A stretch of 64,000 nucleotides of DNA from Octopus sinensis (GCF_006345805.1 NC_042998.1:25172001-25236000); one strand, 5' to 3'; counted from the first letter of the stretch, positions 27,801 through 42,078 are shown. A program made the numbers and translations. Notes: a model not told the origin generated them from the sequence alone.

Positions 27801-27843
27801 CAAAGCGATGAATAGCTTTTTGCCGAAACCATGGTTCGCTTTG
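27801..27843 (+). ncRNA. Decayed HHR motif
   Basis: caaagcg-(CTG missing)ATGA-atagctttttgcc-GAAA-ccatgg-TT-cgctttg: 7-bp stem I and palindromic stem III; begins right after (TA)n. Confidence 0.5.
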
Positions 27844-28056
27844 TTCTCTTACTTTATTATCATCTTATAATCATCTCATAATAATGACTTTTATGACTCT
27901 TATTACTACCTCAGTCCATCTAAATGTATATATTTGTCACTACCTGCCATAAATAGCCTTTTTTATTTGCAATGTGCATTTTCGTTGATTTTTCATATTT
28001 TTACCCTTACATTTCCACGTGTATTTTATATTTTCTTTTTGTAACATATTTCTACT

Positions 28057-28093
<37 letters not shown>

Positions 28094-28180
28094 CGAAACT
28101 CCGAGTACTATAATGACAACTTACTGATTGTCCTATATTATACAATAATAAATAATCCTATATTTACCTAATATTGCCAC

Positions 28181-28221
<41 letters not shown>

Positions 28222-28318
28222 GTTATTATTATTATTATTACTATTATTATTATTATAATTATTGTTATCATTATTATTATCATTATAGTTTCCAAGTCAG
28301 TTTATCTATATCTATATA

Positions 28319-28379
<61 letters not shown>

Positions 28380-28707
28380 TATATACGTGTGTGTATGTAT
28401 GTATATATACATATATTTAATACATTTATTAAAGGATATATTACAAATATACAGAGTCAAATAACCTTATTCAAACGTTTGATTATTTATTAAATATATT
28501 ACAACCGCCAGGTTTGCTCTGTCTCCTCAGATCTTCAGGCAATAATATTAACCACCTTCATTCTGTTAATGTTGGTATGATCTGAAGAAATGATGAAACT
28601 AACGCTTATAATGAATCGATAATTAATTCAGCATTTGAATAAAGTGGTATATATATATATGTATGTATATGCATGCATGTATTTGGCTGTGTATGTATAT
28701 ACATATA

Positions 28708-28869
28708 GGTTCAGGCATGGCTGTGGTGTAAGAAGCTTGCTTCCCAACCACGTGTTTCCAGGCTCAGTCCTACTGCATGGCACCTTGGTCAAGTGTCTTC
28801 TACTATAGCCTTGGGCCAATCAAAGCCTGTGAGTAGATTTGGTAGACAGAAACTGAAAGATGCCTGTAG

Positions 28870-28900
<31 letters not shown>

Positions 28901-29009
28901 TATATATATATACATATATATACATATATATATACATATATATATATACATATATACTTACATATATATATATACATATATATATACACATATATATACA
29001 CATATATAC

Positions 29010-29045
<36 letters not shown>

Positions 29046-29450
29046 AGGTGCAGGCATGGCTGTGTGGTAAGAAGCTTGCTTCCCAACCACATGGTTCTGG
29101 GTTCAGTCCCACTACATGGCACCTTGGGTAAGTGTCTTCTACTTTAGCCTCGGGCTGACCAAATCTCTGTGAGTGGATTTGGTGGACAGAAACTGAAAGA
29201 AGCCCATCATATATATATGCATATAAATATATGTATGTATTTGTTTGTCTGTGTTTGTCCCTCCCCCATCATTGTTTGACAACCCATGCTGGTGTGTTTA
29301 CATCCCTGTCACTTAGCAGGTCAGCAAAAGAAATCAATAGAATAAGTACTAGGCTTACAAAGTACCAGGCTTGTTCAATGAAAGGTGGTGCACCAGCATG
29401 GCCACAGTCAAAATTACTGAAACAAGTAAAAGAATAAAAGAGTAAAGAAT
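28708..29450 (+). mobile_element. Two tandem SINE family C heads, the second full-length (29046-29450)
   Basis: GGCATGGCTGTG..GTAAGAAGCTTGCTTCCCAACCA twice, separated by a TA/TG tract. Confidence 0.8.
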
Positions 29451-29456
29451 ATATAT

Positions 29457-29785
29457 GAAGGCATGTGGCCTTTTGGTTAGGGATATTTGGCTCATTATTG
29501 TAAGGTCATGAGTTCAATACTCAGTCACACATTGTGTCCCTGAGCAAGACACTTTATTTCATGTTGTTCAAGTCCACTCCGCTGGCAGAAATGAATTGTA
29601 CCTATATTTCAAAAGGGGCCAGCCTTGTCACATTCTGTGTTGTGCTGAATCTCTCTGAGAACTGTGTTAATTGCATATGTAACTGTGGTATACTCAGCCA
29701 CTTGCATGTTAATTTCACCAGTGAGCTTTTGTGCTGATTGGATGAACTGGAGCCATCTTTGTTGTTGCAACAGATGGAGTGACGC
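29457..29785 (+). mobile_element. tRNA-derived SINE sharing the family B 3' half
   Basis: GAAGGCATGTGGCC head, GAGCAAGACACTTTATTTCA core, GGGCCAGCCTTGTCACATTCTGTGT body; relatives at ~8367, 23371, 41672 and 44064. Confidence 0.65.
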
Positions 29786-31599
29786 TTTTTATATGAATAT
29801 GTGCTTTTTTAATTTATTTTACTCATCACAACTATGGTCATGCTGGAGTATTGCTTTCAGAGTTGAATAGCCTTTGTCTCTTTTGTTGCATCTCTTTTCT
29901 TCGACCATTTGTTGCTGCTGAAAAGTAGGACGAATTTTCTTCATTTCATAATCATATCAATGTTCAACTCATTTACCAATATATATATACCCCTGGTTGT
30001 GCTTTCGCAATGCAAAACCTGCTCCTACTTATTTGGACATGAACTCGCCAGGAAGCATCTCACTGAACATATGAAATGTTCAGAAGGGAGTCGACACTCG
30101 TAGCTAACAGTTGCATATTGTCCTTCTCTTCCAGATTGTGAAAGCCTACCATAACATTTAATCTAAATACAGGGAAATTTTTCTGTGGACATATATGGGT
30201 TAATATTGTTTTTGCAAAGCCAAGAGCTTTCATAAAAAGTTTTGGTTATTGAAGGATAAGATTCACCAAAGTCAAATTGCAATGAATCTTGAGATTTTTA
30301 TCTCTTTTATCGTGTAAAACCATACGAAAACTTCTAAATTTTTACACCATAATTTCAATGAAGAAACTGCTTTTATTCCGAAAATGATCTTTTATAACAA
30401 TTTTTGTTAACTACACACACACACAAAAACAAGATACATACATAAAAATATCTATATGTATTAATGCTTGTGTGTGTGTGGTTAGCAAACAAAAGTTTTA
30501 GAAAACATGTATATGTATATATTATTATTATTATTTAAAAAATTTTTTACTACCCTCAGAGGGGATAAACAAGGATAGACAAACGGATTAAGTCGATTAT
30601 ATCGACCCCAGTACTATAACCTTGGGCCGACCAGAGCCTTGTGAGTAGATTTGGTAGATGGAAACTGAAAGAAGCCCATATCTCTATATATATAAAACTG
30701 AGAATGTTTGTCTGACTATCTGTCTGTGTGTTTCTCTAAAACTTGAGAACTACACAACCAATTTCATTCAAATTTTACACATGCCTTACTTAAGGTCCGG
30801 GGAGTGTCATCGGCAAAATTTTAACTTTTTCCCTAGGGCGACCCCACAGCAATATCATATCTTCTCCACTATTTCAGTATTACGTGTTAAAAGTGAAACA
30901 AAAACGTCTCTCTATTGTAATGCAGACATTCACTTTAATACTGAAACTATTAAAGTGAAAGTATTATATACCAGGATGAACCATTAACAGTGGTCATCCA
31001 TTTTGCTAGAAGAAGATCCACTATGGTCTTATATGCTACACCACTGGTTTTCAATTCATATTAATCAAATTAATATTCAATTTTTCACCCTTATTATGTG
31101 TGTGTGTGTGTATTAGCAATTCGTATAAAATTGCATCAATGACTTGAACTTGAATAAGTGGTTTCACATAAATGGGGTTAAATTAAAAAGGTTTGTTGTT
31201 ATTATTTTACTGTTTGACTATTGTAATCACATTTGTTGGTTCCTCGTCAGGGAAAAGTTGTTGTGTTGCATTCGTTAAATAATTGTAAACCGTAACCCTC
31301 CCCCTTTCGGAGAAGGGGCTTTGGTTATTGTTTAAAAATTGAATTGTGTCCCTCTTTTGGGGAAATTGACAATATTTTCACCGTCTTTACGGAAGCATTT
31401 TTGTTAAAATGCCTTCGATAGAAGAAAGTCCGAAACTGAATTTCGCTGCAGCCGTACACTTCTATACAAGAGGTAGGACAAGATTCAATTGATCGAAAGT
31501 GCAAGAGACGGACCTACAATTCCAGTCTGTTATATATTTTGAGTATTGTTATCACTAGCGATATCAAGATATAACTTGGACTCCACATACTTTTAAAAC

Positions 31600-32875
31600 A
31601 AACCAATTTTATTCAATTATAATGTTAATAAATAATATTTTCAAAGTGATTTCCATCATTTTTCAATGCATAACTTGATGCGCCTTGCAAAATTCAGGTG
31701 AACTTGATTAAATAAGTCTACATTGCCATCAATTTCAGCACACTGACTGGTAATGCGTTCTCTCGTGTTTTAAATCTGTAATCTTTCTCTTTCAACATAC
31801 CCCAGAAAAAGAAATCAAGGGGAGAAAGGTCTGGCGAACGAGGGGACCTTTCCATATGAGCCCTTCTTCTAACCCAGTGAGGAAAAGTGTCATTAAGTGT
31901 CATTAAGCCAATCTCTAACAGTTGTGGCAAAATGGGTAGGGGCCCCATCCTGCTGAAACCAATTCGGAAGGCCCTCGCCTAGGCGCTCAATTTGAGATAT
32001 TAATTTGTCTCTAAATATGTTTACATAAGTCTCATCCGTTACATGTTCAATGATGAAAGGTTCTAGAACATGAGCTTTCTACAAACCACACCACACCATC
32101 ACCTTTTTGCTGCCTTGCTGTTTGGATGGATCCATCCAATGTGGATTACCTCGAGACCAGTATAGAAGATTCTGTCTGTTGACCTCACCATTTTCATAAA
32201 ACGTAGCTTTGTCACTGAACAACAAAGTTTTTCGTAAAATTGATATTTTCATCCAATTTATCTGAAAACCATTCGCATGTCTACATTCGTCTATCAGGGT
32301 CGTCTTCATTTAAGTGATGCAATATCTGTAGGTTGTATCAATGAAACTTTTCCTCAACCAGCATTTTGTGGATGGTTGGTTTTCAAACACCTGACACCGT
32401 GGATGTCCGACGAAGTGATTTCTTTGGGCTAGCAGAAACTTTAGCCATGACAGTCTCTTTCGTTTCATCTGAGGTCTTTGGTCGCCCGGAACGGGGTTTA
32501 TCCAAAACACTGCCTGTTTCTTTAAATTTCTTGATCAATTTCCCGACGGCAGTAAAAAAAAATAGGTTACCTATAAGGGTGTTGAAGATTAAATTCTTCC
32601 GCAATTTTGCGATAAGACCATCCCTCTCGTCCACTTAATCATACTAACTCGATTCTTTCTTCTCTAGACAGATCTATCATTCGATCTGGGATTCTTTCTT
32701 CTTTAGACAGAGCCATCATTCGATCATCTGTAGAAAAAAACAACAAATAAATTTAGAAAAGTAAAGTATTTTTTAAAATTTAATTTAAACAAAAGTAAAA
32801 AAGGAAAATTATTATTTCTTATATTTGTTTATGTTATGATTTTATTCCATGTACCCAGACTTCGTGGACACCCTG
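31600..32875 (-). pseudogene. Tc1/mariner-superfamily (maT/DD37D-like) transposase pseudogene with one TIR
   Basis: KKFKETGSVLDKPRSGRPK; LLFSDKATF..NGEVNRQN..YW; VMVWCGL; QQDGAP.H; PRSPDLSPLDFFFWGMLKEK; TIR CAGGGTGTCCACGAAGTCTGGGTAC at 32851-32875; several frameshifts. Confidence 0.85.
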
Positions 32876-32903
32876 AAATTGCTTTGATTAAAACCCTTTC
32901 ATC

Positions 32904-33885
32904 ATGGAAGTATCCAAGGAGCATTTAAGGCACATATAATTCTTTATGAGTACAATAAAGGTAACTCTGCAGCCGAAGTGACTCGAAAGATACACTCAGT
33001 TTATGGGAAAGTGCTTGAATGAAAGAACTTGCAGGAGATCGTTTGCAAAATTGAAGATGAAGATCGAATAGGATGTCCAGTTGAGTTTGATGATAAGCTC
33101 CTTGAGGCATTACTTGAAGAAAATCCGTCATTATCAGTTGAAGAATTGACAATAAAGCTTACTTCAAACCATACAACAGTTCATCGTCATCTTCAACAAC
33201 GTGGAAAGATTCCTAAACTTGGAAAATAGGTGCCTCATGTATTGTCCGAAAGCAACCGCAAATCCTGAGTTGACATCTGCTCTTCTCTCCATTCTCGCAA
33301 ACTCATTTCACACTTTTTCGATAGACTTGTGACGAAAAATGGATTTTCTATCGAAATGTTAAACGTCGTAAACAGTGGCTTGGTAAAAGGGAAAATGCTC
33401 AACCACAACCGAGAAGGGAACTTCATGGGAAAAAGGTTCTACTCTATTTGGTGCGATTGCAAAGGCGTAATTCACTTTATATTGTTACCACCTAATGCAA
33501 CAATCAATGCTCAAGTCTACTGTCAGGAATTAGAGCGTTTGAACCAAGCTTTGAAGGAAAAAAGAGCCGCTTTAGTGAGTCGAAAACGAGTGATGCTTCA
33601 TCAGGACAATGCGCAACCCCACACTGCAAAGATCACATCACAGAAGTCGGTTTGGAAAAATTTCTTCATCCAACTTATTCTCCCGACCTTACTCCTTCAG
33701 GATACCATTTGTTTCATAGTTTACAGAATTATTAGGGGGACACAACTTTCGCAAGCCAGGAGGAGGTCGAACCTGACATTTCGGAGTTCTTCGCTTTGAA
33801 ACCAAAAGAGTTTTACATTCATGGGATTAAAAAGCTTGTAAATAGATGGAAGTAAGTCATAGATAATCAGGGAAAGTTCATTGTG
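32904..33885 (+). pseudogene. Mariner (DD34D-type) transposase pseudogene
   Basis: MEVSKEHLRHIILYEY start, *VPH (from WVPH), MLHQDNAQPH and HPTYSPDLTPSGYHLF motifs; stops and frameshifts. Confidence 0.9.
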
Positions 33886-34002
33886 TTACCAACACCATAC
33901 AAATTATTTATATTCTTTACACCTTATGCAAAATTTATTTCTCTTTCGAATGATGCAAATAATTTTTATACAACTTGAAGAATTCTAATGCTAAATTAAT
34001 AT

Positions 34003-34170
34003 ATATTTCTTTACTGCCCACAAGGGGCTAAACATAGAGGGGACAAACAAGACAGACAAACGGATTAAGTCGATTACATCGACCCCAGTGCGTAACTGGT
34101 ACTTAATTTATCGACCCCGAAAGGATGAAAGGCAAAGTCGACCAGGGCGGAATTTGAACTCAGAACGTAA
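34003..34170 (-). mobile_element. SINE family A, 5'-truncated
   Basis: Core and tail in reverse orientation. Confidence 0.8.
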
Positions 34171-34800
34171 TATAAACGTTTCAAATTTACAGGCAAAATT
34201 AGTTTAAGACCATGTAATATGTATGCAATTATTTTCGCCAAAGTGGGTGGTCACACAACGAGCCTAAATGCACCATATAAAGTTATAATTTAATGTTATT
34301 ATACAATTTATTAATAATGGGAAAACAACGTAGTCTTAGTCCAGTCACGAGAGCAAAAATCGTATATTACAGCAAAAAGTTTCCTTTTCGAACATCAGCA
34401 AGCAACTAAAGTGCAGTAAACCGGCTTGCGTGCAATCGTGGAAGTTATACTCGGAGACTGGTCAATATAAAGATCGGCAAAGGACTAGTAACAATATTTT
34501 GTAAGAAATAGAACTTTTATCATCGGTCTTAAATTTATTTTCGTCAGTGTGTATATTATATATATATATATAATGTATATAATACGGGAATTTTAATGGA
34601 GATAAACTGCAGTATATAGTACAACATTTTTGTCTCCGTATATGAGCTAAGTATTAATAAAATGTGGTATACGATAAGAATTTCGGATATTTGTCTCAAA
34701 ACATTCAGACAAGAAAGTTCAGATGTAGCACATGCGGTATTATTCCATACGAATATACACATATTTATGTTAAGAGTTTCATGATAAAAATATAGAAATA

Positions 34801-35362
34801 TTGGGTTGTCCAGAAAGCTCGTGCCGATTTATAGTATCTTATCTTTCGACTTATTTTAGAACATTGAGTCCATAAAATAGGATTTGACTACACCTCCATT
34901 TAGAGCACAGTTTAAGCTATCTTTTCGTGGAAGAAGGTTTATGTTCCTATAACCTGTGTTAATTCTGTAACCCTTTAAAATAAAAGATGAGAAAGTTCAA
35001 TTTCGGCACTTGATGTTTTGGGAACCAGACAAAAATTGCTGCAGCTCGGCTGGGATGTATTACCCCACCCTCCCTATTCCCCAGATATTGCTCCTTCAGA
35101 TTTCCACTTATTCAGGTCTCTGCAGAAAAGTCTTAATGGTAAAAATTTCAATTCTTTAGATGACGTAAAAAGATACCTTGACGAATTCTTTGCCTTGAAA
35201 CCACCCCAATTCTGGGAAGAGGATATTTTCAAGTTAAAGGAAAGATGGAGACGTATTGTGCAACGAAATGGTTCAGATTTGGTTCATTAAAAATGTAATG
35301 GCAAGTATTTAGTGACCTTTACTTTCCTTTAAAAATCGGAACGAACTTTCCGGACAACCCAA
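34801..35362 (+). mobile_element. Internally deleted mariner with both TIRs and TA TSD
   Basis: TA|TTGGGTTGTCCAGAAAGCTCGTGCCGATTT ... AAATCGGAACGAACTTTCCGGACAACCCAA|TA; residual ORF LPHPPYSPDIAPSDFHLFRSL (35018-35290). Confidence 0.92.
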
Positions 35363-36087
35363 TATAAACATATCAATGAAATACGAATATAAACAGGAAA
35401 AATAAAAACCTAAATTGAAAGAGGCGATTAAAATTTTTTTCCTAACCTGCAGCCGTTTCAGAAAAGTGATTGTACGAAGTATTCGAAATTCAGCCCCCTT
35501 TCCTCGGGGTTCCTTTCTCGAGGTAAAATCCAGCAAAAAGCATTAAGGCACTACATGGTGAGTATTCAGTTGGTGAAAGATCAGTTTTTGAATATCGACG
35601 ATTTTCTGGAGTTTTTCAAGAGGATTACCACGTTTAAATAAGAAATGAAATTCATTGAAATGTTAACTTTAGTTAATCATGCAAATAATAGCCAATCGGT
35701 ATATTCCACTCTCTACTATAAAAAAAAATTTAAGATTACAGGTTTGTGCATAAGTGTTCATTGGATCTAATGATCTAATTGGACCGTATTTTCAAAAAGC
35801 TTTTATATTCTAGAAAATAATATTTTAAAGTTTAAGAAAATCATAAGACGCTAAATATTTATGCTTACAACATAATAAAATGACCGTAATTTTTTTATAT
35901 AGGGGTGAATAAATGAATTCTTGTGTCCCCTATATCTAATTTTAAAATTAGTAGTACTCTCTATATAAATTTTCCTAAGTCCGGAGCGTTAAACTAATAA
36001 ACCTGTTTGCTGTTTACACACCCGTCTTCGTCTTTTGTTCGTTTCTTTTGTAAATTCCAAATATATATGTATGTGTGTGTATGCATA

Positions 36088-36134
<47 letters not shown>

Positions 36135-36194
36135 ATTTCGTAGACAGGAACTGAAACAAATCGATCGTATATATATGTATATATGTAAGTGTAT

Positions 36195-37417
36195 GTGTTT
36201 TGGTATTGGCAACATGAATGACAATGGCCAGAGACTACTTGTATTTTGCACATACCATAACCTGTGCATCACCAACACATTCTTTGCCAACAAGACATCC
36301 CACAAGGCATCTTGGAGACATCCAAGATCTCACCACTGGCATCAGCTGGATCTCATCATTACACGAAGACCCTTTCTGAATTCTGTTCAACTGACTCGTA
36401 GTTACCACAGCGCGGATTGTGACACAGGTCATTCACTAATAAGAAGCAGGGTGAGGATTCTGCCTAAAAACTCCATCACTCCAGGAAAATGGGCCGACCA
36501 CGCCTTAACACTGCCAGAACCTCCGACCCTACACTGCGACAATGTTTTGCTGTTTCTATCAAAGTTGCCCTCAGTAGCTGCCCAACCACCTCTGCCGAAA
36601 GTAGGTGGAATTATATCAGGGAAGCTTTGTATACCACATCAATAGATACTTTCGACATGAGAGAAAGGTAAAACCCAGATTTTGTTCAGTGCTGGGCTCT
36701 CAGAGCTGGAAACAGTTATCGAAACAAAGCGTGCAGCTCTGATGTAATGCAAGAGTGATTCTTCTATAAAGTCACTCGAAGAACTCGGAAAGGCAAGAAA
36801 TAAAACCCAACTGACTGCCAGACGCTGTGCAAATAGGTATTGGCAGGAAAACCTTCGCATCAAATGGCAGAATCATGTCCCCAACAAAGATGTCCTCAAG
36901 CAAGCAGGAATACCAAGCATGTTTACACTCCTCACACAAAGGCGTATGAGATGGCTTCGACATGTTAGCCGTATGGAAGATGGCAGAACCCCAAGGACAT
37001 ACTCAACGGAGAGCTTGCTTAGGGCACTAGTTCTGTTGGAAGACCGTTCTTACGATAGAAGGATGTTTGCAAAAGGGACATGAATGCCTGCAACATCAAT
37101 ATTACCAACTGGGAAGCAGTTGCCAGCAACCGTGGAGATTGGCGACGTACCGTAAAAGAGGGAACACAAAGGAGTGACATAGAGGGAGAGGAGAAATGGA
37201 AAGACAAGAAAATACGTCAACAAGAAAGTATGACATTACAACCAGCCAGTCAAAGTCTTCGCTACATTTGCGGCACCTGCCAGAGCGAGTGTTTGTCCAG
37301 GATAGGACTACACAGCCACAGCAGGAGATGTATTAGGACATGAAATGTAAAAGCCGAACTAGATTATTTTATGCGCAACTCCATTGTCTCCCGAGACAAA
37401 AAGGATGCCAACAACAA
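36195..37417 (+). mobile_element. RTE-clade LINE, 5'-truncated and internally deleted
   Basis: APE C-terminal half NDNGQRLL..NTFF..SWRHPRS.HWHQLD..ADCDTGH; jump at ~36850 to WQNHVPNKDVL..RRMRWL.HV.RM, C-terminal C2H2-like CGTC..GLHSHSRRC; (CAA)n tail; RT core absent. Confidence 0.9.
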
Positions 37418-37709
37418 TATATATGGATTTCGTAGACAGGAACTGAAACAAATCAATCGTATATATATGTATATATGTAAGTGTATATGTGTGTCTTTGT
37501 GTCTGTGTTTCGCCCTCATCACTGCTTCACAACTGCTGTTCATTTATTTATATCCACAAAACTTACTGGTTTCACAAGAACAAACTAATAGAATAAGTAC
37601 TAGGCTTATCAACATAAAAAAGCACTAGGCTGTGTCTCATATTTTTGTTTGCCCACTCAGTTGTATCTATCAATTTATCTTTGTGTGTGTGTATCTATAT
37701 CTATCTATC

Positions 37710-37745
<36 letters not shown>

Positions 37746-38619
37746 ACACCCTAATGGGAGCCTTAACTCCCAAATTTTAGTCATTTCTTTTATGATCCAA
37801 AATTAGGTCAAAAGTACTGAATGGATCTTTATGAAATTTGGAAATTATATTCTAAGCATAAGGGACATAACCCGCATGACAATTCATATATTTTTGCTGT
37901 CGATGAAATTTTAACCATAGATATTAGACACAAATGAAGTAATATTTATAAAATTTCATCTTCTTACAAAGTTACAAAGACCCCTCTATGGTGACTTAAC
38001 ACCCACAATTTTGTCTTTTTATCAAAGCAAAAACGAATACAGTTGTGCTCTTGGAAGCTGTAGGGTTACCTGAGCATAAAAGTTGGGCATTATTTCTAAT
38101 TCAATGGTACAACAGTGTAACAGTTTGCTTTGACATACACTTACATTGTGATTTCTGCAATGTGGTGCATAAATTGTTAAGTAAATGAGAGGCATCTTTG
38201 TCTCCACTGATTCAGTTGCAAAGTGTTGAGTAAAGTTATTTGATTGCAGACCTCCTTTCAGTCTTTTTATTATCACTCGGTCACACATAGTCTCCAGATG
38301 GTAACATTGATTACAAGGCCTTCCCAGATGAGTGACTGGTTATTCAAAGACATTTAAAGATTTTAAATTCATTCTGTCCAGTTACGTATCAGTATAGTGG
38401 TCATTTGCAAACTCCAGAGGTGACACTTTAATTTCTCCTAAGCCCTCACGTCACACAGTTGTTAATGTTGATTTCAGTTGGGTCACGGCCTTCCAATTGC
38501 TATAGATTCGCAATGCATCTTACGGCTGTGCCTGTCACCTGGATGGTGAGGAATCCTACATTGGGAGTGGTAACGACTAGGGTAGGGTAACTGACTGCTT
38601 ATTGTGATCATTCGTCTTT

Positions 38620-38919
<300 letters not shown>

Positions 38920-39699
38920 ATGTATGTATGTATGTATGTATGTATGTATTTCTGTGTCTGTGCTTGTCCCCCCACCATTGCTTGACAACCGATGTTGGTG
39001 TGCTCATGTCCCCGTAACTTACCAGTTCGGCAATAAAGACCAATAGAATAAGTACCAGGCCTACAAAGAATAAGTCCTGGGATCGAGTTGTTCGACTAAC
39101 TGTGTTGCTCCAGCATGGCCGCAGTCAAATGACTGAAAAAAGTGAAAGAATGTATACCTGTGTTTATGAATGTATGGCGTTAGGAAGGGCATCCAGCCGT
39201 AGAAACACTGCCAAATCTGACTGGGCCTGATGAAGCCTTCCGGCTTCACAGACCCCAGTTAAACCGTCCAACCCATGCTAGCATGGAAAACGGACGCTAA
39301 ATGATGATGATGATGATGATGATGATGATGTAATACATAACACAGACCTGTGATATTCACGTCGTTTCTTTTTCAAGAATTTTCCACTTTGCTAAAGTTA
39401 GCCAAAGCAGTGAACATAACCTGTTTCTCTGTTTATGGCAGAGGATATTTTAAATTGCCAATTAGTAGAGATAAATTGCAGATAAACAAAATGTTGGGAG
39501 TGGCAACTGAAAAAAATTGTTAAGTGCAAGGTCTAATCAATAATTCCTATTAAGAATTAAATCGTCATTGCAAAAAATTAAAGGGATGATAATCATGATA
39601 CGGAGTCAAGTAATAAAACGTACAAATGTATTTAAAGAATCTTTGTAAAGAACTGATAGGCAAGTCTTCTTTTCTCGTGTGGCTTTTTCTATCTATCTG

Positions 39700-39730
39700 C
39701 TTCTACCTTACTCACTTTCTCTCTCTCTCT

Positions 39731-39813
<83 letters not shown>

Positions 39814-40056
39814 TCGCCTTGTTAATTCGCTAGCTTCTGCACGCATTTTTTTTCTCTCCTTGTTTCTCTCCGTGTTTCTTTTCTGTGTATCTTTCTGTTG
39901 AAGAGCGTAGGCTCGAAACGTAAAAGACCTGTTTTATTTATATTCCTGAGCGCCATACTAATACAATTGTTTGTTTGTATTCCACCTGCTTTCGTCTTTT
40001 GTTTATTTTCATAAAGCTTCCCGTTATATATATATAAATATATATATATAATATAT

Positions 40057-40108
<52 letters not shown>

Positions 40109-40319
40109 GATAGTCTTTTACTCTTTTACTTGTTTCCGTCATTTCACTGTGGCCATGATGGAGCACTGCCTTTAGTCGAGCAAATCGACACCAGGACTTA
40201 TTCTTTGCAAGCTTAGTACTTATTCTATCGGTATCTTTTGCCGAACTGCTAAGTTATGGGGGCGTAAACACACCACCATCGGTTGTCGAGCGATGTTGGG
40301 GGGACAGACACACAAACAT

Positions 40320-40351
<32 letters not shown>

Positions 40352-40561
40352 CGTTACACACAAATTTACGACAGGCTTATTTCAGTTTCTGTCTACCAAA
40401 TCCACTCACAAGGCTTTGGTCAGCCCAAGGCTATAGTAGAAAACACTTGCCCAAGGTGCCACAAAGTAGGACTGAACCCGGAACCATGTGGCTGGTAAGC
40501 AAGCTACTTACCACACAGCCACTCCTGCACCTATAATATAAATAATATATATATGTATGTG

Positions 40562-40602
<41 letters not shown>

Positions 40603-40620
40603 ATCTTTCTCTCTCTCTCT

Positions 40621-40690
<70 letters not shown>

Positions 40691-40913
40691 GAGAGAGAGA
40701 GAGATCGCCTTGTTAATTCGCTAGCTTCTGCACGCATTTTTTTTCTCTCCTTGTTTCTCTCCGTGTTTCTTTTCTGTGTATCTTTCTGTTGAAGAGCGTA
40801 GGCTCGAAACGTAAAAGACCTGTTTTATTTATTCCTGAGCGCCATACTAATACAATTGTTTGTTTGTATTCCACCTGCTTTCGTCTTTTGTTTATTTTCA
40901 TAAAGCTTCCCGT

Positions 40914-40991
<78 letters not shown>

Positions 40992-41450
40992 GATAGTCTT
41001 TTACTCTTTTACTTGTTTCCGTCATTTCACTGTGGCCATGATGGAGCACTGCCTTTAGTCGAGCAAATCGACACCAGGACTTATTCTTTGCAAGCTTAGT
41101 ACTTATTCTATCGGTATCTTTTGCCGAACTGCTAAGTTATGGGGGCGTAAACACACCACCATCGGTTGTCGAGCGATGTTGGGGGGACAGACACAGACAC
41201 ACAAACATACACACACACATATACACACATATATATATATCGTTACACACAAATTTACGACAGGCTTATTTCAGTTTCTGTCTACCAAATCCACTCACAA
41301 GGCTTTGGTCAGCCCAAGGCTATAGTAGAAAACACTTGCCCAAGGTGCCACAAAGTAGGACTGAACCCGGAACCATGTGGCTGGTAAGCAAGCTACTTAC
41401 CACACAGCCACTCCTGCACCTATAATATAAATAATATATATATGTATGTG

Positions 41451-41483
<33 letters not shown>

Positions 41484-41497
41484 ATCTTTCTCTCTCT
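39700..41497. repeat. ~890-bp tandem duplication (PLE-like HHR repeat plus SINE C)
   Basis: 39822-40620 is nearly identical to 40713-41497; differences are mainly microsatellite lengths. Confidence 0.9.
39890..39927 (+). ncRNA. Minimal HHR-like motif, variant core (duplicate at 40781-40818)
   Basis: tcttt-CTGTTGA-A-gagc gtag gctc-GAAA-cg-TA-aaaga. Confidence 0.6.
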
Positions 41498-42078
41498 CCC
41501 AAGCACACATACAGACTGCCTCACACATGGATATGCAAATCACCAACATAAAGATTTATATCTACCTGTGTATATAATACATGCACACAGACATTATATA
41601 CATATATGCATGTGCATGTATACACACACGCAACACACACATACACACACACACACACATGCATCCTTGTGTGAAGGTGTGTGGCCTAGTGATCAGACAA
41701 GTCACAGTCACAACCATGAGATCGTAGTTTCAGTCCTCAGAACAGCTGCACATTGTGTTCTTGAACAAAACACTTCATTTCACATTGCTGCAGTCCACCC
41801 AGCTGTAAATGGGTACACTCTGTGATGGAATAGTCTTCTGATCTGAGAAAATGTTGGCCTGCTCAGCTAGCCAGCAAGGTGGCATCATTCAAGAGCTAAA
41901 GTGATGCAAAGCGCATTGTGATCAGTGATGTATAACAACATCCAATAGTCTAGTTGATCATGATCACATGATATATATACATGTGTGTATGAGTTTATGT
42001 ACACATATACATGTGCACAGAAAGAAAGAGAGTGAAAAATAGAGAAATTCATCAGTAGGCCATCACTTGAAACAAATT

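Larger units (their letters stand above)
30681..34488 (+). mobile_element. Putative Helitron (5' and 3' termini) enclosing nested elements
   Basis: A|TCTCTATATATATAAAAC at 30681; hairpin CTGGTC-N8-GATCGG then CTAG|T at 34485-34489. Pairing of the two ends is inferred. Confidence 0.45.

Noticed and set aside
27070-30410. Unique-looking segments at 27.07-27.38 kb and 29.88-30.41 kb as exons
   Set aside because: Some acceptor-like sites, but frames are short or stop-interrupted and no protein is recognisable.
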